A stretch of 64,000 bases of DNA from a virus: positions 1 through 64,000 of IMG/VR virus record IMGVR_UViG_3300023184_000030; one strand, 5' to 3'. A program made the translations under genes and the position numbers. The notes under the pieces were generated by a model, which made no database searches, was not told the DNA's origin, and saw nothing but the letters and a program-made list of their open reading frames with translations. This document shows, piece after piece, positions 8,253-17,661 of this stretch. Each line of letters opens with the position of its first letter. Within the stretch, counting starts at the first letter, position 1.

Positions 8253-10604
8253 TTATTTAGTCCATCCCACGGACTCTATCGAATCCATTACCTGCTTGGC
8301 AGATATTCTTTTAGTGCATTCAAATTGTCTAGATGTTCCTTTATGTTCAGGACACCAGAACCAATCTCCTGGGTCAAATGGGAATTTTTCGGGCGAGTTA
8401 AAACAAGAGTTACAAACGTCTTCTCTATGGATTCTAAGACAATCCTCGTCAAACTCGTTATCTTTTTTAGTTACCCCTGATATCACAACCACCTTTTTAC
8501 CCAATGCATGTGCCACCCAAGATAATCCACTTGAAAGACCTACGAAGAATTCGCAATGTTCTATCCAGTGCATCATTTCTGTAAGTTCCATGCCTGTTTT
8601 ATTCATGCAGTTCTTAGGGATCTCGTTCCAATTTCCCTCCGTACCAAAGCTATAATATCGATCTATGCAAACCGGGGTTAGCCCCTTCTTAGTAAGCATG
8701 TCGCATAATTTTTCCCAGGAATTGTTATTGTTCCAATGCTTAGCCTGTGCAGTACTGTGGCTGGAAAAGCAAACATATTTCTTATTTAGTGGAGAAGGTT
8801 TGCCCGATGTCTTTAGTTGTGGCCTAACTTTGCCCATATCGGCTAATCCTAGCTGTTTAGCGAAGCCTATTTGTAAAGGTAAGTCATAGATATAGTCACA
8901 GCATATAATGTCTGTATAAGCGCTTAAATCGCCTGGCATTTGTATCAGATTCACGTTGGGATATAGATCTTTGTAGAGAAATCCAAAATTACCAACAACA
9001 TCACATTTAATTCCGTGTCTTTTAGCGTATTCGTCTGCATATGGCATGAACGATATGGTATCGCCCAATGCAGCTGTTTTTAAAATTATAAGTGGATTAT
9101 GGGATTTAACATAATTTGGGCTAAAGTAAGATATTATCTGATCTGTGTTTAGTACTCTATAAAATCCAGACTCGTCATCACCATTATATTTAAAATGCGG
9201 TACATAAATGTCTTCAAGGCATTTTGATTTTTCAGATATTGAAGGAATACACTTAGTCGAAGACACAAAGTCCTTGACAATGTCCTTGATGTCGTTTCTT
9301 CTTATATTACCGTCCTCTATTAACACGTGCTGATCTGTTAGATCCATCTTAATTGTTTTTAGAACTTCTGAGCCATCCTTTATAACAATCTCCCAATCGA
9401 TATACTCGTTCCTATCATCAGGAACAGTTGACCAAGCTCTTCTGCTTTTACCGACATTTAAAAATGATTTAATTGATCCGCTTCTAGCATCTCTGAAAAA
9501 TATAGCCTGGCCTTCTCCTTCCGGATATGAACACTTATAAAAATGCGGGTCTCTTTTAAACCAAGAGTAAAATCCATGATCCTCTCTCTTTTCTATTCTC
9601 TTAGGAATTGACAGATAGTCATTAAGTATAAGATTCTTCTGTGATATCTTACCAAATGATGCATAGTCCATCAGCATTCTCGAAACAACAACCTCCCACG
9701 ATATTAGGCTCCTCTCATCTTTACATTCAAGAACATACTGGGAATACCTTTGGAGAACTTCAGAAACACCATCAACTAGATCTACTGTGTTTGCGGTATC
9801 TATTCTTTTCATTCCTTTTAGATCAGCCTCCATTAAACCAACAACAGGAATACCCATCGCTATACTTTCAGTAACTGTTAGGTTAGGATGTCCTGCTTCA
9901 ATAGCTCCTGGATTTAAAAAGACGTGATGTTTTCTTATTTCAGTAAGCGAATCCTCATAATTCATGTCGTATATCACATTGAGTCTTATGTATGATGCTA
10001 TCACATTGTTCTTCTCGAAAAACTCCTTGTTGTTTTTACTAGGGCATATTATTGTTATAGGTAGATTCAGTACTGCTGCACACTCTATGCCTGGAATAAA
10101 TCCCTTTCTGTCGAATAATGGATCTCCTAAAAGACCATTGTTTGCCATCATGACTAAACTTGGACCTTTTTCAATAAGATCTTTGGATCTATCCTCAAAA
10201 TAATAATCTTCCAGATTAGCTCCGTGGCTAAGATATCTTAATTGTGGTAAAGAACCGAAATAATCAACAAGATATTTAGCATGGACAAATGACAGAACAG
10301 ATCCTTTTATAGCTTCCAGATTTTGTTTGTAAACATCAGAATCCTTTCCTAAATGATGTGCATGGTGATCGTGATGGGAAAAAACGTAAGGAATTCCTCT
10401 CTCTTTTAAAAGTAAAGCTAGATTAGCCATGTGTACATGTACAATGTCCCATTCTCCTAACCTAACATCATCCGTGTAAATTATTTCAACCTCATGACCA
10501 AGACCTCTTAATACCTTTGTGTATTCCCAGATTATTTTTTCTACTGCTCCCCATCCGTTAGGTGGTATAGGAATTACCCCTGGTGTGATTTGTGCTATTC
10601 TCAT
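8253..10604 (-). CDS. Fusion: GT4-type glycosyltransferase + autotransporter heptosyltransferase (BAHT/TibC-like) domain
   Basis: N-terminal IPP.GWGAVEK and EAGHPNLTVTES; C-terminal ALGDTI, STAQAKHWNN, FVGLSSGLSWVAH and Fe-ligand-like CNSC...WCP...C. Confidence 0.85.
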   Translation of the reverse strand: MRIAQITPGVIPIPPNGWGAVEKIIWEYTKVLRGLGHEVEIIYTDDVRLGEWDIVHVHMANLALLLKERGIPYVFSHHDHHAHHLGKDSDVYKQNLEAIKGSVLSFVHAKYLVDYFGSLPQLRYLSHGANLEDYYFEDRSKDLIEKGPSLVMMANNGLLGDPLFDRKGFIPGIECAAVLNLPITIICPSKNNKEFFEKNNVIASYIRLNVIYDMNYEDSLTEIRKHHVFLNPGAIEAGHPNLTVTESIAMGIPVVGLMEADLKGMKRIDTANTVDLVDGVSEVLQRYSQYVLECKDERSLISWEVVVSRMLMDYASFGKISQKNLILNDYLSIPKRIEKREDHGFYSWFKRDPHFYKCSYPEGEGQAIFFRDARSGSIKSFLNVGKSRRAWSTVPDDRNEYIDWEIVIKDGSEVLKTIKMDLTDQHVLIEDGNIRRNDIKDIVKDFVSSTKCIPSISEKSKCLEDIYVPHFKYNGDDESGFYRVLNTDQIISYFSPNYVKSHNPLIILKTAALGDTISFMPYADEYAKRHGIKCDVVGNFGFLYKDLYPNVNLIQMPGDLSAYTDIICCDYIYDLPLQIGFAKQLGLADMGKVRPQLKTSGKPSPLNKKYVCFSSHSTAQAKHWNNNNSWEKLCDMLTKKGLTPVCIDRYYSFGTEGNWNEIPKNCMNKTGMELTEMMHWIEHCEFFVGLSSGLSWVAHALGKKVVVISGVTKKDNEFDEDCLRIHREDVCNSCFNSPEKFPFDPGDWFWCPEHKGTSRQFECTKRISAKQVMDSIESVGWTK

Positions 10605-10607
10605 TTC

Positions 10608-12542
10608 TTAACCTTTTCTTTTTGCAAATATTACTCCGTGATCTGCATTTTTATCAACCTCTTTCTGTATTAATTCATCATAAAGCTTAACCGCAAAATC
10701 AGCGCTAACTAATTTTTCTATTAACATATTGACCCTTCCGTCGTTATTGTCGTGGAATTCTAAAATTATATTTTTAGCTTTAGCTAGAGATGCAATATCA
10801 GTTTTATCAAGCAAATCATATTCAGCACCTTCTATATCAATCTTTAATAGATCAACTGAATCATGATCAGACATCAGAGAGTTTAGTGTTTGTGATTTAA
10901 CCAAAACAGTATTCTCACTTATAGTTTTTGCAATGCTAGAAACTAAAGTGTTCCCTGGATTCACGCTAAGATTAACATCCTCGCCGTCACCAGTCAAAGC
11001 AATCTCACTGAAAATAACATTTGGATTTTCCGAGTGCATCTTTCTGAATTCATTAGCTGCTAAAGGATTTGGTTCTATTGAGATAACTTTTTCGAAACCT
11101 ACATCTAAACAATACTCTGTAAATAATCCAACATTAGCACCAACGTCAATAGCAAGTTTCTTTCCGAATATGCTATCCGTCATAATGTCATATATTCGGT
11201 CAGTGAAGAACTCTTCATAATTTCTAAATATAGGATCTTTTGTATCCAATCTGCAAGTCTTCTTTGTTACGTTTCTAAATCTTATTACTGATTCAGAAAT
11301 CACTTCCTCTCCCTGCTTATATTCAATTAAGAATCCACCAAAATTTGGGTTATTTTGGAAATCATAAATATGGATGGGTACTGGAATTATCCAATAAGAT
11401 CCACCTAAACTAAAGTTTATAGTGCAATGGAATATATTAGAACCGCTGTCCACGTCCTTAACATAAACATCACAATTAAGTTCCTTTATGTTTCTTGAAT
11501 CCCCTATATAAACTATATCAAGTTTATTATCCCAAGGGGAAAATTTGTGGATAAACATATCGCTTTTATTATTCATAACTAATTCTTTTTTAGGGTTTAG
11601 TATTTCTCTTATCTGGTTTGCTATCTCTGTCATATCATCACTTCTAAAAAACTTTAGATTTTTTGATTCCTGATACATGTCAACATATACTGAGAGATTT
11701 CTTAGAAGCAGTGGTGCTTTCCAAGATATTGCTTCTTTGATAACAAGTGGACTTGTTTCTTTATCATTAAATAGAGGTATTGATGGGAATATAACAAGAT
11801 CCGCTGCCTGATAGAATAAATCAACATCATCTCTTTCACCCCATACTTTACAATTGGAAGGAAGATTACTTGTGATAGGATTCCAATACCATTTAAAATT
11901 ATCAGCCATTGTACCGATGAAATGAAATTCAACTTCCGGTAGCAATCTTGCAATCTCTGCGGTTTCTCTTTGATTTTTTCTTGGGGTAAATATGCCTATC
12001 TGGATTATGTGTTTCTTATTAGGATCCAATCCAAGTTTTGCCCGGCTATCTAAATAATCTCTTACTGGTTTCTTAGCTATCTCGTGTTCAATAACTTCAA
12101 TTGGTACTTTAAGATCTCTTAATAAGTTAACCTGCCAAGGGCTAACAACAACAAATTTATCAGGGAGATATATTTTTTCTTTAGGAGAAACAGACGAATC
12201 GTGCATGGTCTCGAATATTTTATATTCTCTGTCGTCAGAGAATATAATATCCAGAAGATGGTGGCTTAAGAATTGCTCACATGGTTCTTCGAAATGTATA
12301 ATATCAGGCTTCATCTCCTTGATTGCCTTAATGAGAATATCCTCCGGTTTTTCGCCCCAGGTTATTATTCTCTCCGCACCAAGTATGGATTCTATTCTTT
12401 TCCTGATTGTATTATAGGAAACTTCGTGTCTTTTCTCAAAAACCCAAACTTCCGCTTCGTCTTTGATTTTGTCTATTTTATTCTTTAAATATTCCGGCAT
12501 TCCTCCGGTAGACAGGTAAGGTACAATATAAAAAACTCTCAA
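10608..12542 (-). CDS. Fusion: GT4-type glycosyltransferase + FkbM-family methyltransferase
   Basis: STGGMPEYL, RKNQ, ETSPLVIKEA; C-terminal IDVGANVG, IEPN, LKIDIEGAE, LEFH. Confidence 0.88.
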   Translation of the reverse strand: MRVFYIVPYLSTGGMPEYLKNKIDKIKDEAEVWVFEKRHEVSYNTIRKRIESILGAERIITWGEKPEDILIKAIKEMKPDIIHFEEPCEQFLSHHLLDIIFSDDREYKIFETMHDSSVSPKEKIYLPDKFVVVSPWQVNLLRDLKVPIEVIEHEIAKKPVRDYLDSRAKLGLDPNKKHIIQIGIFTPRKNQRETAEIARLLPEVEFHFIGTMADNFKWYWNPITSNLPSNCKVWGERDDVDLFYQAADLVIFPSIPLFNDKETSPLVIKEAISWKAPLLLRNLSVYVDMYQESKNLKFFRSDDMTEIANQIREILNPKKELVMNNKSDMFIHKFSPWDNKLDIVYIGDSRNIKELNCDVYVKDVDSGSNIFHCTINFSLGGSYWIIPVPIHIYDFQNNPNFGGFLIEYKQGEEVISESVIRFRNVTKKTCRLDTKDPIFRNYEEFFTDRIYDIMTDSIFGKKLAIDVGANVGLFTEYCLDVGFEKVISIEPNPLAANEFRKMHSENPNVIFSEIALTGDGEDVNLSVNPGNTLVSSIAKTISENTVLVKSQTLNSLMSDHDSVDLLKIDIEGAEYDLLDKTDIASLAKAKNIILEFHDNNDGRVNMLIEKLVSADFAVKLYDELIQKEVDKNADHGVIFAKRKG

Positions 12543-12595
12543 TGTTTTGTATTTATAGGTTCTACTGTAAAAGTCAAATAAAATTTCGGGTAAAA

Positions 12596-12618
12596 GTATT
12601 GAAGGGGTGCCTTTGTAC
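12596..12618. repeat. Left arm of 23-nt inverted repeat flanking CDS 12624-13463
   Basis: GTATTGAAGGGGTGCCTTTGTAC pairs with 13541-13563 (22 matches, one bulge per arm). Confidence 0.9.
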
Positions 12619-12623
12619 GAAAT

Positions 12624-13463
12624 TTATTGATCTAGAGATTCGCCACAGTTAGGGCAAAATTTCCATGTTTTTTTCTTGGATCTTGTTCCACATCCTGTAC
12701 AATAATCTCTAATCTCAGTAACCTCTACAGGTTTAACTGATCTTGGAAGAATTTGATACTCTGACGTGTAACTACAATACCAGGAGTAACTACCTGAATC
12801 TTTTCCGAAGTCCTGATCAGATTTTTCACCTTTTTCTACTCTACCGGTTTCAAGCGAACCCGCACCTGAGCAGTTAACTACTCCAGATAAACCAGTAGTA
12901 GTGTAACCAATCGAACTACCGCTTAACGTTGAAGTGTTTGAAGTGTTGGTGAAGTAAACATTAGGTGTAGTATTTACCGTGGTTCCTCCGAAAATAATTG
13001 GATTTACTGTTCCCGGATTGTTCGTCCAAGTTAGGTGATTTGTGTGATAAGGAACATAGGTTGTTCCAGTTGAAAGTGTGCTCCAACTGTAATTTGTGTG
13101 TTCCGGATAGAACTCAACCTTTACCTTACCGTTGTTTTTGATTGCCTCTTTAACCTCATCTGTAGCATCAACATCGTAAGTCGAAAATAAGAATTTCTTC
13201 TTCTCATCGATGAAACGATCCAAGAAGTATCTTTGTCCAGGTCTAAGTACTAAACCCGAGCTACTGATCACCTTGTCGTTGAGATAGATTTTAGCTAAAT
13301 AGGATGTTGATGTTGGATTATAGAGTTCGATTTGAAACTCTTGTCCATTGTCTAGATAAACTAGATCATCCTTTGCGCCGTAGATTTTTTGTCTGTTGTT
13401 GGATACGGCTACCCAAGCTTGTGGTTTTGGAGTACTGTGTACTCCGATTGTGTTGTTTTTCAT
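12624..13463 (-). CDS. Hypothetical protein: beta-rich N-domain, Thr/Ser/Gly linker, C-terminal zinc ribbon
   Basis: CTGCG...FCPNCG at the C-terminus. Confidence 0.8.
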   Translation of the reverse strand: MKNNTIGVHSTPKPQAWVAVSNNRQKIYGAKDDLVYLDNGQEFQIELYNPTSTSYLAKIYLNDKVISSSGLVLRPGQRYFLDRFIDEKKKFLFSTYDVDATDEVKEAIKNNGKVKVEFYPEHTNYSWSTLSTGTTYVPYHTNHLTWTNNPGTVNPIIFGGTTVNTTPNVYFTNTSNTSTLSGSSIGYTTTGLSGVVNCSGAGSLETGRVEKGEKSDQDFGKDSGSYSWYCSYTSEYQILPRSVKPVEVTEIRDYCTGCGTRSKKKTWKFCPNCGESLDQ

Positions 13464-13485
13464 TTACCTTTTTCTTTTTTTTAAA

Positions 13486-13535
13486 ATCCCATCGCTGCTA
13501 TTGCTAACAACTCTAAGGCCATTTTGACCCGGGAC
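13486..13535 (-). ncRNA. Predicted structured 5' leader (three-way junction)
   Basis: P1 GUCCCG/UGGGAU, P2 GGUCA-AAA-UGGCC, P3 GUUGUUA-GCAA-UAGCAGC; junctions UUAGA and GA. Confidence 0.55.
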
Positions 13536-13540
13536 ACTAA

Positions 13541-13563
13541 GTACGAAAGGCACCCTTCAATAC
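13541..13563. repeat. Right arm of 23-nt inverted repeat
   Basis: GTACGAAAGGCACCCTTCAATAC, reverse complement of 12596-12618 apart from two indels. Confidence 0.9.
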
Positions 13564-13587
13564 ATTCTATATATAATCACTGGTTTA

Positions 13588-14073
13588 TTACCAGAAATCA
13601 TCTCCTTCTTGTCCATTCGAAAGATCGTTATAACCTCCGAATGAATTATCATAGTCATCGTCTTCGAATTCTGCATCACTAAAGAATTCTCTTTCTGATT
13701 CAGAAATTCTTTCGAACCAATCACCATTATCTTTATACCAAACAGTGTTTATAGCAGGTGTTCCTGCTGTCCACTCTATTTTTGAATCATTTGATAAACC
13801 CCCTGGTATAATTGAGTCTAAATCATTTACTACTTTTTCCAAATCGTTCTGCAGATCTGTGTCTAATTCTACATCCTCAACGTATATTTCTAAACATCCG
13901 TTGAAGTTAGGTTCCATACAATCAATAAAGATATTATATAAAATAATGAAATCTTCCCTTGATTCCATTAGTAATTTAATATCCAATATCTCTTTAGCTG
14001 TGAACTTATTATTGGTTATTAGCTCCGCATTTAAAATATAATTCTTCATTATTTTTTTAGTTGTATATACCAT
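13588..14073 (-). CDS. Acidic hypothetical protein
   Basis: Packed ORF; the start may be 14049. Confidence 0.6.
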   Translation of the reverse strand: MVYTTKKIMKNYILNAELITNNKFTAKEILDIKLLMESREDFIILYNIFIDCMEPNFNGCLEIYVEDVELDTDLQNDLEKVVNDLDSIIPGGLSNDSKIEWTAGTPAINTVWYKDNGDWFERISESEREFFSDAEFEDDDYDNSFGGYNDLSNGQEGDDFW

Positions 14074-14083
14074 ACATGATTCT

Positions 14084-14365
14084 CTATTTTATTTGACTTT
14101 CCCTGATTTTTACAGTTTCTTCTGTTATTGGTCGGGAATAAAGACTCATTACCTTGGTTCCATTTATATTGGTAAAAGTAATTCTACTTTTCTCGTTTGG
14201 CTTAAGAGTGATGGTAACATCTCCTGGTTCTCCTGAGCTGTCGCTCCATGCAAAAACTACAGGTTTCTCGTCATCGAATTGAAAAACCCATTCGGCATCT
14301 TTGAAATTTTTAATCTCTGCTATAGTAGCTGGAGTTCCTTCTAGTTCTATATTATTATCTTCCAT
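14084..14365 (-). CDS. Hypothetical protein
   Basis: Packed ORF. Confidence 0.6.
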   Translation of the reverse strand: MEDNNIELEGTPATIAEIKNFKDAEWVFQFDDEKPVVFAWSDSSGEPGDVTITLKPNEKSRITFTNINGTKVMSLYSRPITEETVKIRESQIK

Positions 14366-14371
14366 GTTATT

Positions 14372-14950
14372 TTATATAAAGTTTTGACAAAATGTTTTTC
14401 TGTGATGTTTGGATAAACCAATTTCCCTTATTGCTGAGATGTGTTCTGGTGTACCGTAGCCAACATTCTTTTCCCATAGGTAGTGAGAAAATTCTGGGCT
14501 GATAGATTTCATTAGCCTATCTCTATGAACTTTAGCTAGGATAGATGCTGCGGAGATACACGGTACTTTAGAATCACCTTTTATCACGCACTCGTAATCT
14601 ATTCCTTTATGTCCAGGGAATTTATCCCCATCAACATAAAGAAAATCAGGAACTACCTTACAAGAATCAATAGCTCTTTTCATAGCTAAAAATGTTGCTT
14701 GCAAAATATTAATCTGATCTATCTCCTGTGGCGATGCCGCACCTATTCCCCATGCTATTGCATTTTCTTTTATTAGTGCTTCAACCTCTTCTCTTTTCTT
14801 TAGACTTTTTATAGCTTTGCTATCTTTAATTCTAGGATCAAAGAAATCATTTGGCATGATAACTACTGCAGCAACAACAGGACCACTTAAACAGCCTCTA
14901 CCTACTTCGTCTACCCCGGCGATAAAATTATATTTTGATACGTCTAACAT
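14372..14950 (-). CDS. rnhB: Ribonuclease HII
   Basis: AGVDEVGRGCLSGPV, DSK, KGD....ISAASILAKV.RD, GYGT..H; start moved to ATG 14950. Confidence 0.95.
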   Translation of the reverse strand: MLDVSKYNFIAGVDEVGRGCLSGPVVAAVVIMPNDFFDPRIKDSKAIKSLKKREEVEALIKENAIAWGIGAASPQEIDQINILQATFLAMKRAIDSCKVVPDFLYVDGDKFPGHKGIDYECVIKGDSKVPCISAASILAKVHRDRLMKSISPEFSHYLWEKNVGYGTPEHISAIREIGLSKHHRKTFCQNFI

Positions 14951-14951
14951 A

Positions 14952-16508
14952 TTATGGTTTAAGTGTGGTGAATTCACCTTTAATGAAATTGATGTGCTGA
15001 GCTTTACTGTCATGGTGAATTATCACGTGTGACTGAAGCCATCCGCTAGGACCAATGTTATAATTAACCCTTAGCTTAGTTGATGTACCTACTGCAAGTG
15101 CTCCATCCTTTCTACCTGGTGAATGATAGTGACCAACTACAATTTTAGTATTTAGCTTTCTGAACTGTAATAAAGAACCCCTAGATCCGTTTGAACCAAC
15201 ATCACCATGTTGGGCTAATTCCCATCCATTAACTACTAAACTGTCACTTCTTCCCAGAGTTCTATATTTAGGGTATTTAGCGTTTATTAAATAAGGTATA
15301 ACCCCGTTTGGCGCAGCACCTTTAAGTAGTAATGCACTGTATTCCATATACTCAATGGAATTTTTCATGGTTGAAGCTTTTCTCCAATCTGTTCCTTTTA
15401 GCCATCTGTCTAAGAAGTCATCATGGTTACTTCTAACTATTATAACATTATAATCTTCGAAACTTTTTAATCCATCGAGCATCGCATCGACTTCACCTCT
15501 CAAAGAATTAGTTCCGTCTAATTCTCTTTGATATTGGATAAAAGGGTCTTTTGATTCGTGGTGGTTAATAGAAAGCCCATCAAAGACATCATGCAGAACT
15601 ACGTGATCTGGTTTTAGATTCTTAAATAGATCAAGTGTTTTTGAAATGACCCTTTCGTCATGCTGTCCGTAGTGGATATCACCTAATACAGCAGCTGCAA
15701 TTGAATCAATCTTAGAAACTTTGCCTTCCTCAACTTTATAATATAGATCACAGAAATCTCCATCATCGGTAGCTGTAACTTGTCTGGCAAAAAATGTATT
15801 CGCATCTTTTATCTCCACAACAACAAAACCTAATGTGTGGTGGAATTCCCCCTTCTTTCCTGATTTTGAATCTGTGTAGTTTTTAAGAGTACATGCTCCG
15901 GTGGTCATCATCATCTTCGGAAGATTCCCTTCAAGAACTGGGATTGTTTCCATGTGAACTTTTGGTGATCCAAATACGCAGGAATTAATTCCGCTCATAC
16001 CTTGTAATCCTGTCATTGGGTCTACTGCAGTAGGCTGGATCTTAACATCTGACATGATCCACATATGCTTGTGAACCTCGTGGCGATTGGCATCAAGATA
16101 TATTGCTATTCTATTTGACCATTCGTCGTAACTTTTGTCGGAAAAAACTGAAGTTGGATTTTTATATCTTCCTGCAATGACGTGGATGTCTGCAGCTATC
16201 TCTTTTGCATAAGCCTCAATATTTACTATAAAATCCTCGTGAACTGGTGTATCGTTCTGAGCCCAAGTAATTATAAACCTTTTCTTCTTCTTATCGAATT
16301 TTTTTTCCTTGGCCCTTATGTACTGGGGTGATTCCGTTAGTGCTTTTTCTGTTATACCTAATTTGGAAATCCAGTTTTGGATAGTCCTTTCTGATTTTCC
16401 GATGAGATCACTTAGACTTTTCATTCTCTGATCCCATGTCAAATCCCTGTTCCAGTAAATATCCGACATTTTAGATATTTGCTCGTCGTTTAATTCTTCA
16501 AACTTCAT
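14952..16508 (-). CDS. Calcineurin-like metallophosphoesterase with N-terminal HTH (T5 A1-like nuclease candidate)
   Basis: GDIH, HDVFD, SNHD, QHGD, GHYH motifs; N-terminal LSDLIGKSERTIQNW HTH. Confidence 0.7.
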   Translation of the reverse strand: MKFEELNDEQISKMSDIYWNRDLTWDQRMKSLSDLIGKSERTIQNWISKLGITEKALTESPQYIRAKEKKFDKKKKRFIITWAQNDTPVHEDFIVNIEAYAKEIAADIHVIAGRYKNPTSVFSDKSYDEWSNRIAIYLDANRHEVHKHMWIMSDVKIQPTAVDPMTGLQGMSGINSCVFGSPKVHMETIPVLEGNLPKMMMTTGACTLKNYTDSKSGKKGEFHHTLGFVVVEIKDANTFFARQVTATDDGDFCDLYYKVEEGKVSKIDSIAAAVLGDIHYGQHDERVISKTLDLFKNLKPDHVVLHDVFDGLSINHHESKDPFIQYQRELDGTNSLRGEVDAMLDGLKSFEDYNVIIVRSNHDDFLDRWLKGTDWRKASTMKNSIEYMEYSALLLKGAAPNGVIPYLINAKYPKYRTLGRSDSLVVNGWELAQHGDVGSNGSRGSLLQFRKLNTKIVVGHYHSPGRKDGALAVGTSTKLRVNYNIGPSGWLQSHVIIHHDSKAQHINFIKGEFTTLKP

Positions 16509-16523
16509 TAGCAAGTGTTAAGG

Positions 16524-16581
16524 TTATTCGTTGTTATATACTTTTTACCATTAAAGGTTTCGATTATATAACAACGAATAA
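16524..16581. repeat. Perfect 17-bp inverted repeat with 24-nt spacer overlapping a class-II promoter
   Basis: TTATTCGTTGTTATATA (16524-16540) / TATATAACAACGAATAA (16565-16581). Confidence 0.85.
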
Positions 16582-16585
16582 GTGG

Positions 16586-16864
16586 TTAAAAATTATAAGC
16601 TTTATCGGAAAAACTTTCTCCTGTAGCTCCTACTATATCTTCATATATTTTAGACTCTTCTGCTTCTCTTTCAAGTTCCTCAAAGAATCCTTTTATATAA
16701 TTACATTTCTCAAATTCCTCGGTAGACTCATAGTATACAAGAAGAGATTTTCTGATGCTTTCTCTCTTGGGATATATCTTTGTCGACAATATGCTACTGA
16801 CCCCATATTTTTTCATAGTAGCTATTGCATTCTCAAATACTCCTCTATCTATTTTTCTTTCCAA
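16586..16864 (-). CDS. Small protein with UVR-like E(E/D)(Y/F)EKC helix motif
   Basis: YYESTEEFEKCNYI. Confidence 0.6.
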   Translation of the reverse strand: MERKIDRGVFENAIATMKKYGVSSILSTKIYPKRESIRKSLLVYYESTEEFEKCNYIKGFFEELEREAEESKIYEDIVGATGESFSDKAYNF

Positions 16865-16868
16865 TTCT

Positions 16869-17057
16869 TTATGTTGTTGTTGGGTTATCTATCTCTTTTA
16901 TTATACTCAAAAGATGATTGCATTTTTCATAGTCCTCAAAATATTCGAGTAATTTTATACAATCTAATATTTTATCTTTATCCCTGATTCTTTCCCTTAC
17001 TATCGCAGAATAGATTATTAGATTCTTATTGTATATTTCCTTCTCATTTTCTTTCAT
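16869..17057 (-). CDS. Small protein with UVR-like motif
   Basis: LEYFEDYEKCNHL. Confidence 0.55.
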   Translation of the reverse strand: MKENEKEIYNKNLIIYSAIVRERIRDKDKILDCIKLLEYFEDYEKCNHLLSIIKEIDNPTTT

Positions 17058-17134
17058 GAGATCATCATCCTGATATTATTTAGCTTACAAAAATTGTAGT
17101 ATTTGTGAATAACTAGGTTCAGTTTTTTACAAAC

Positions 17135-17167
17135 AAAAAACCCTCATGCTATATATTAACATGAGGG
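17135..17167 (-). terminator. Intrinsic terminator
   Basis: CCCTCATG/CATGAGGG stem + T-run on the minus strand. Confidence 0.6.
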
Positions 17168-17188
17168 CCATTTTAACTAGTTGTTATC

Positions 17189-17599
17189 CTAAGGAGCTAC
17201 TCCAAAAATAACTTTTAATGCGATGGCTAATATAGCTCCGAAAATAATCCAGAGTGCTTTGTTAACACCGCTTTGCCATTTCTTAAGTGAATCAACATCG
17301 ATATTAACTTTCATATAATCTTCGTACCTGTTTTCTTCTGCTAATCTGAATTTAGTATTCTCGTTAACTTTAACAATAACACCAGCTTCGGGATCAAGAA
17401 GTTTTTTCTTCATGTCCGAAATGTCATCCTTCATAGACCTTTGGTCTTTCTTAAGATCCTCCATTGTTGTTTGTAGATGTTTAAGCTCACCATTAGGCAT
17501 GTTGGTTTTAAGATGATTCAGTTCATCTAAGATCTGTTTCATCAAAAACGTGCTAGTTATATCTTTTTCTTCCATTCTCTTTTGGTTAATTTTGCCCAA
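17189..17599 (-). CDS. Coiled-coil protein with C-terminal membrane anchor (holin/XhlA-like topology)
   Basis: Heptads then ALWIIFGAILAIALKVIFG; GATATATA at 17619-17626. Confidence 0.6.
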   Translation of the reverse strand: MGKINQKRMEEKDITSTFLMKQILDELNHLKTNMPNGELKHLQTTMEDLKKDQRSMKDDISDMKKKLLDPEAGVIVKVNENTKFRLAEENRYEDYMKVNIDVDSLKKWQSGVNKALWIIFGAILAIALKVIFGVAP

Positions 17600-17661
17600 T
17601 TTCCAAAAGATAACTGATTATATATCCCGGAAGACCTAAGAACTAAAGGGGTTTAAAAAAA

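Noticed and set aside
13486-13535. Hammerhead ribozyme
   Set aside because: Three-helix layout is similar, but the core reads CUUAGA/GAUG rather than CUGANGA/GAAA
12596-13563. IS element or MITE
   Set aside because: The enclosed protein has no DDE/HUH motif and no target-site duplication is evident
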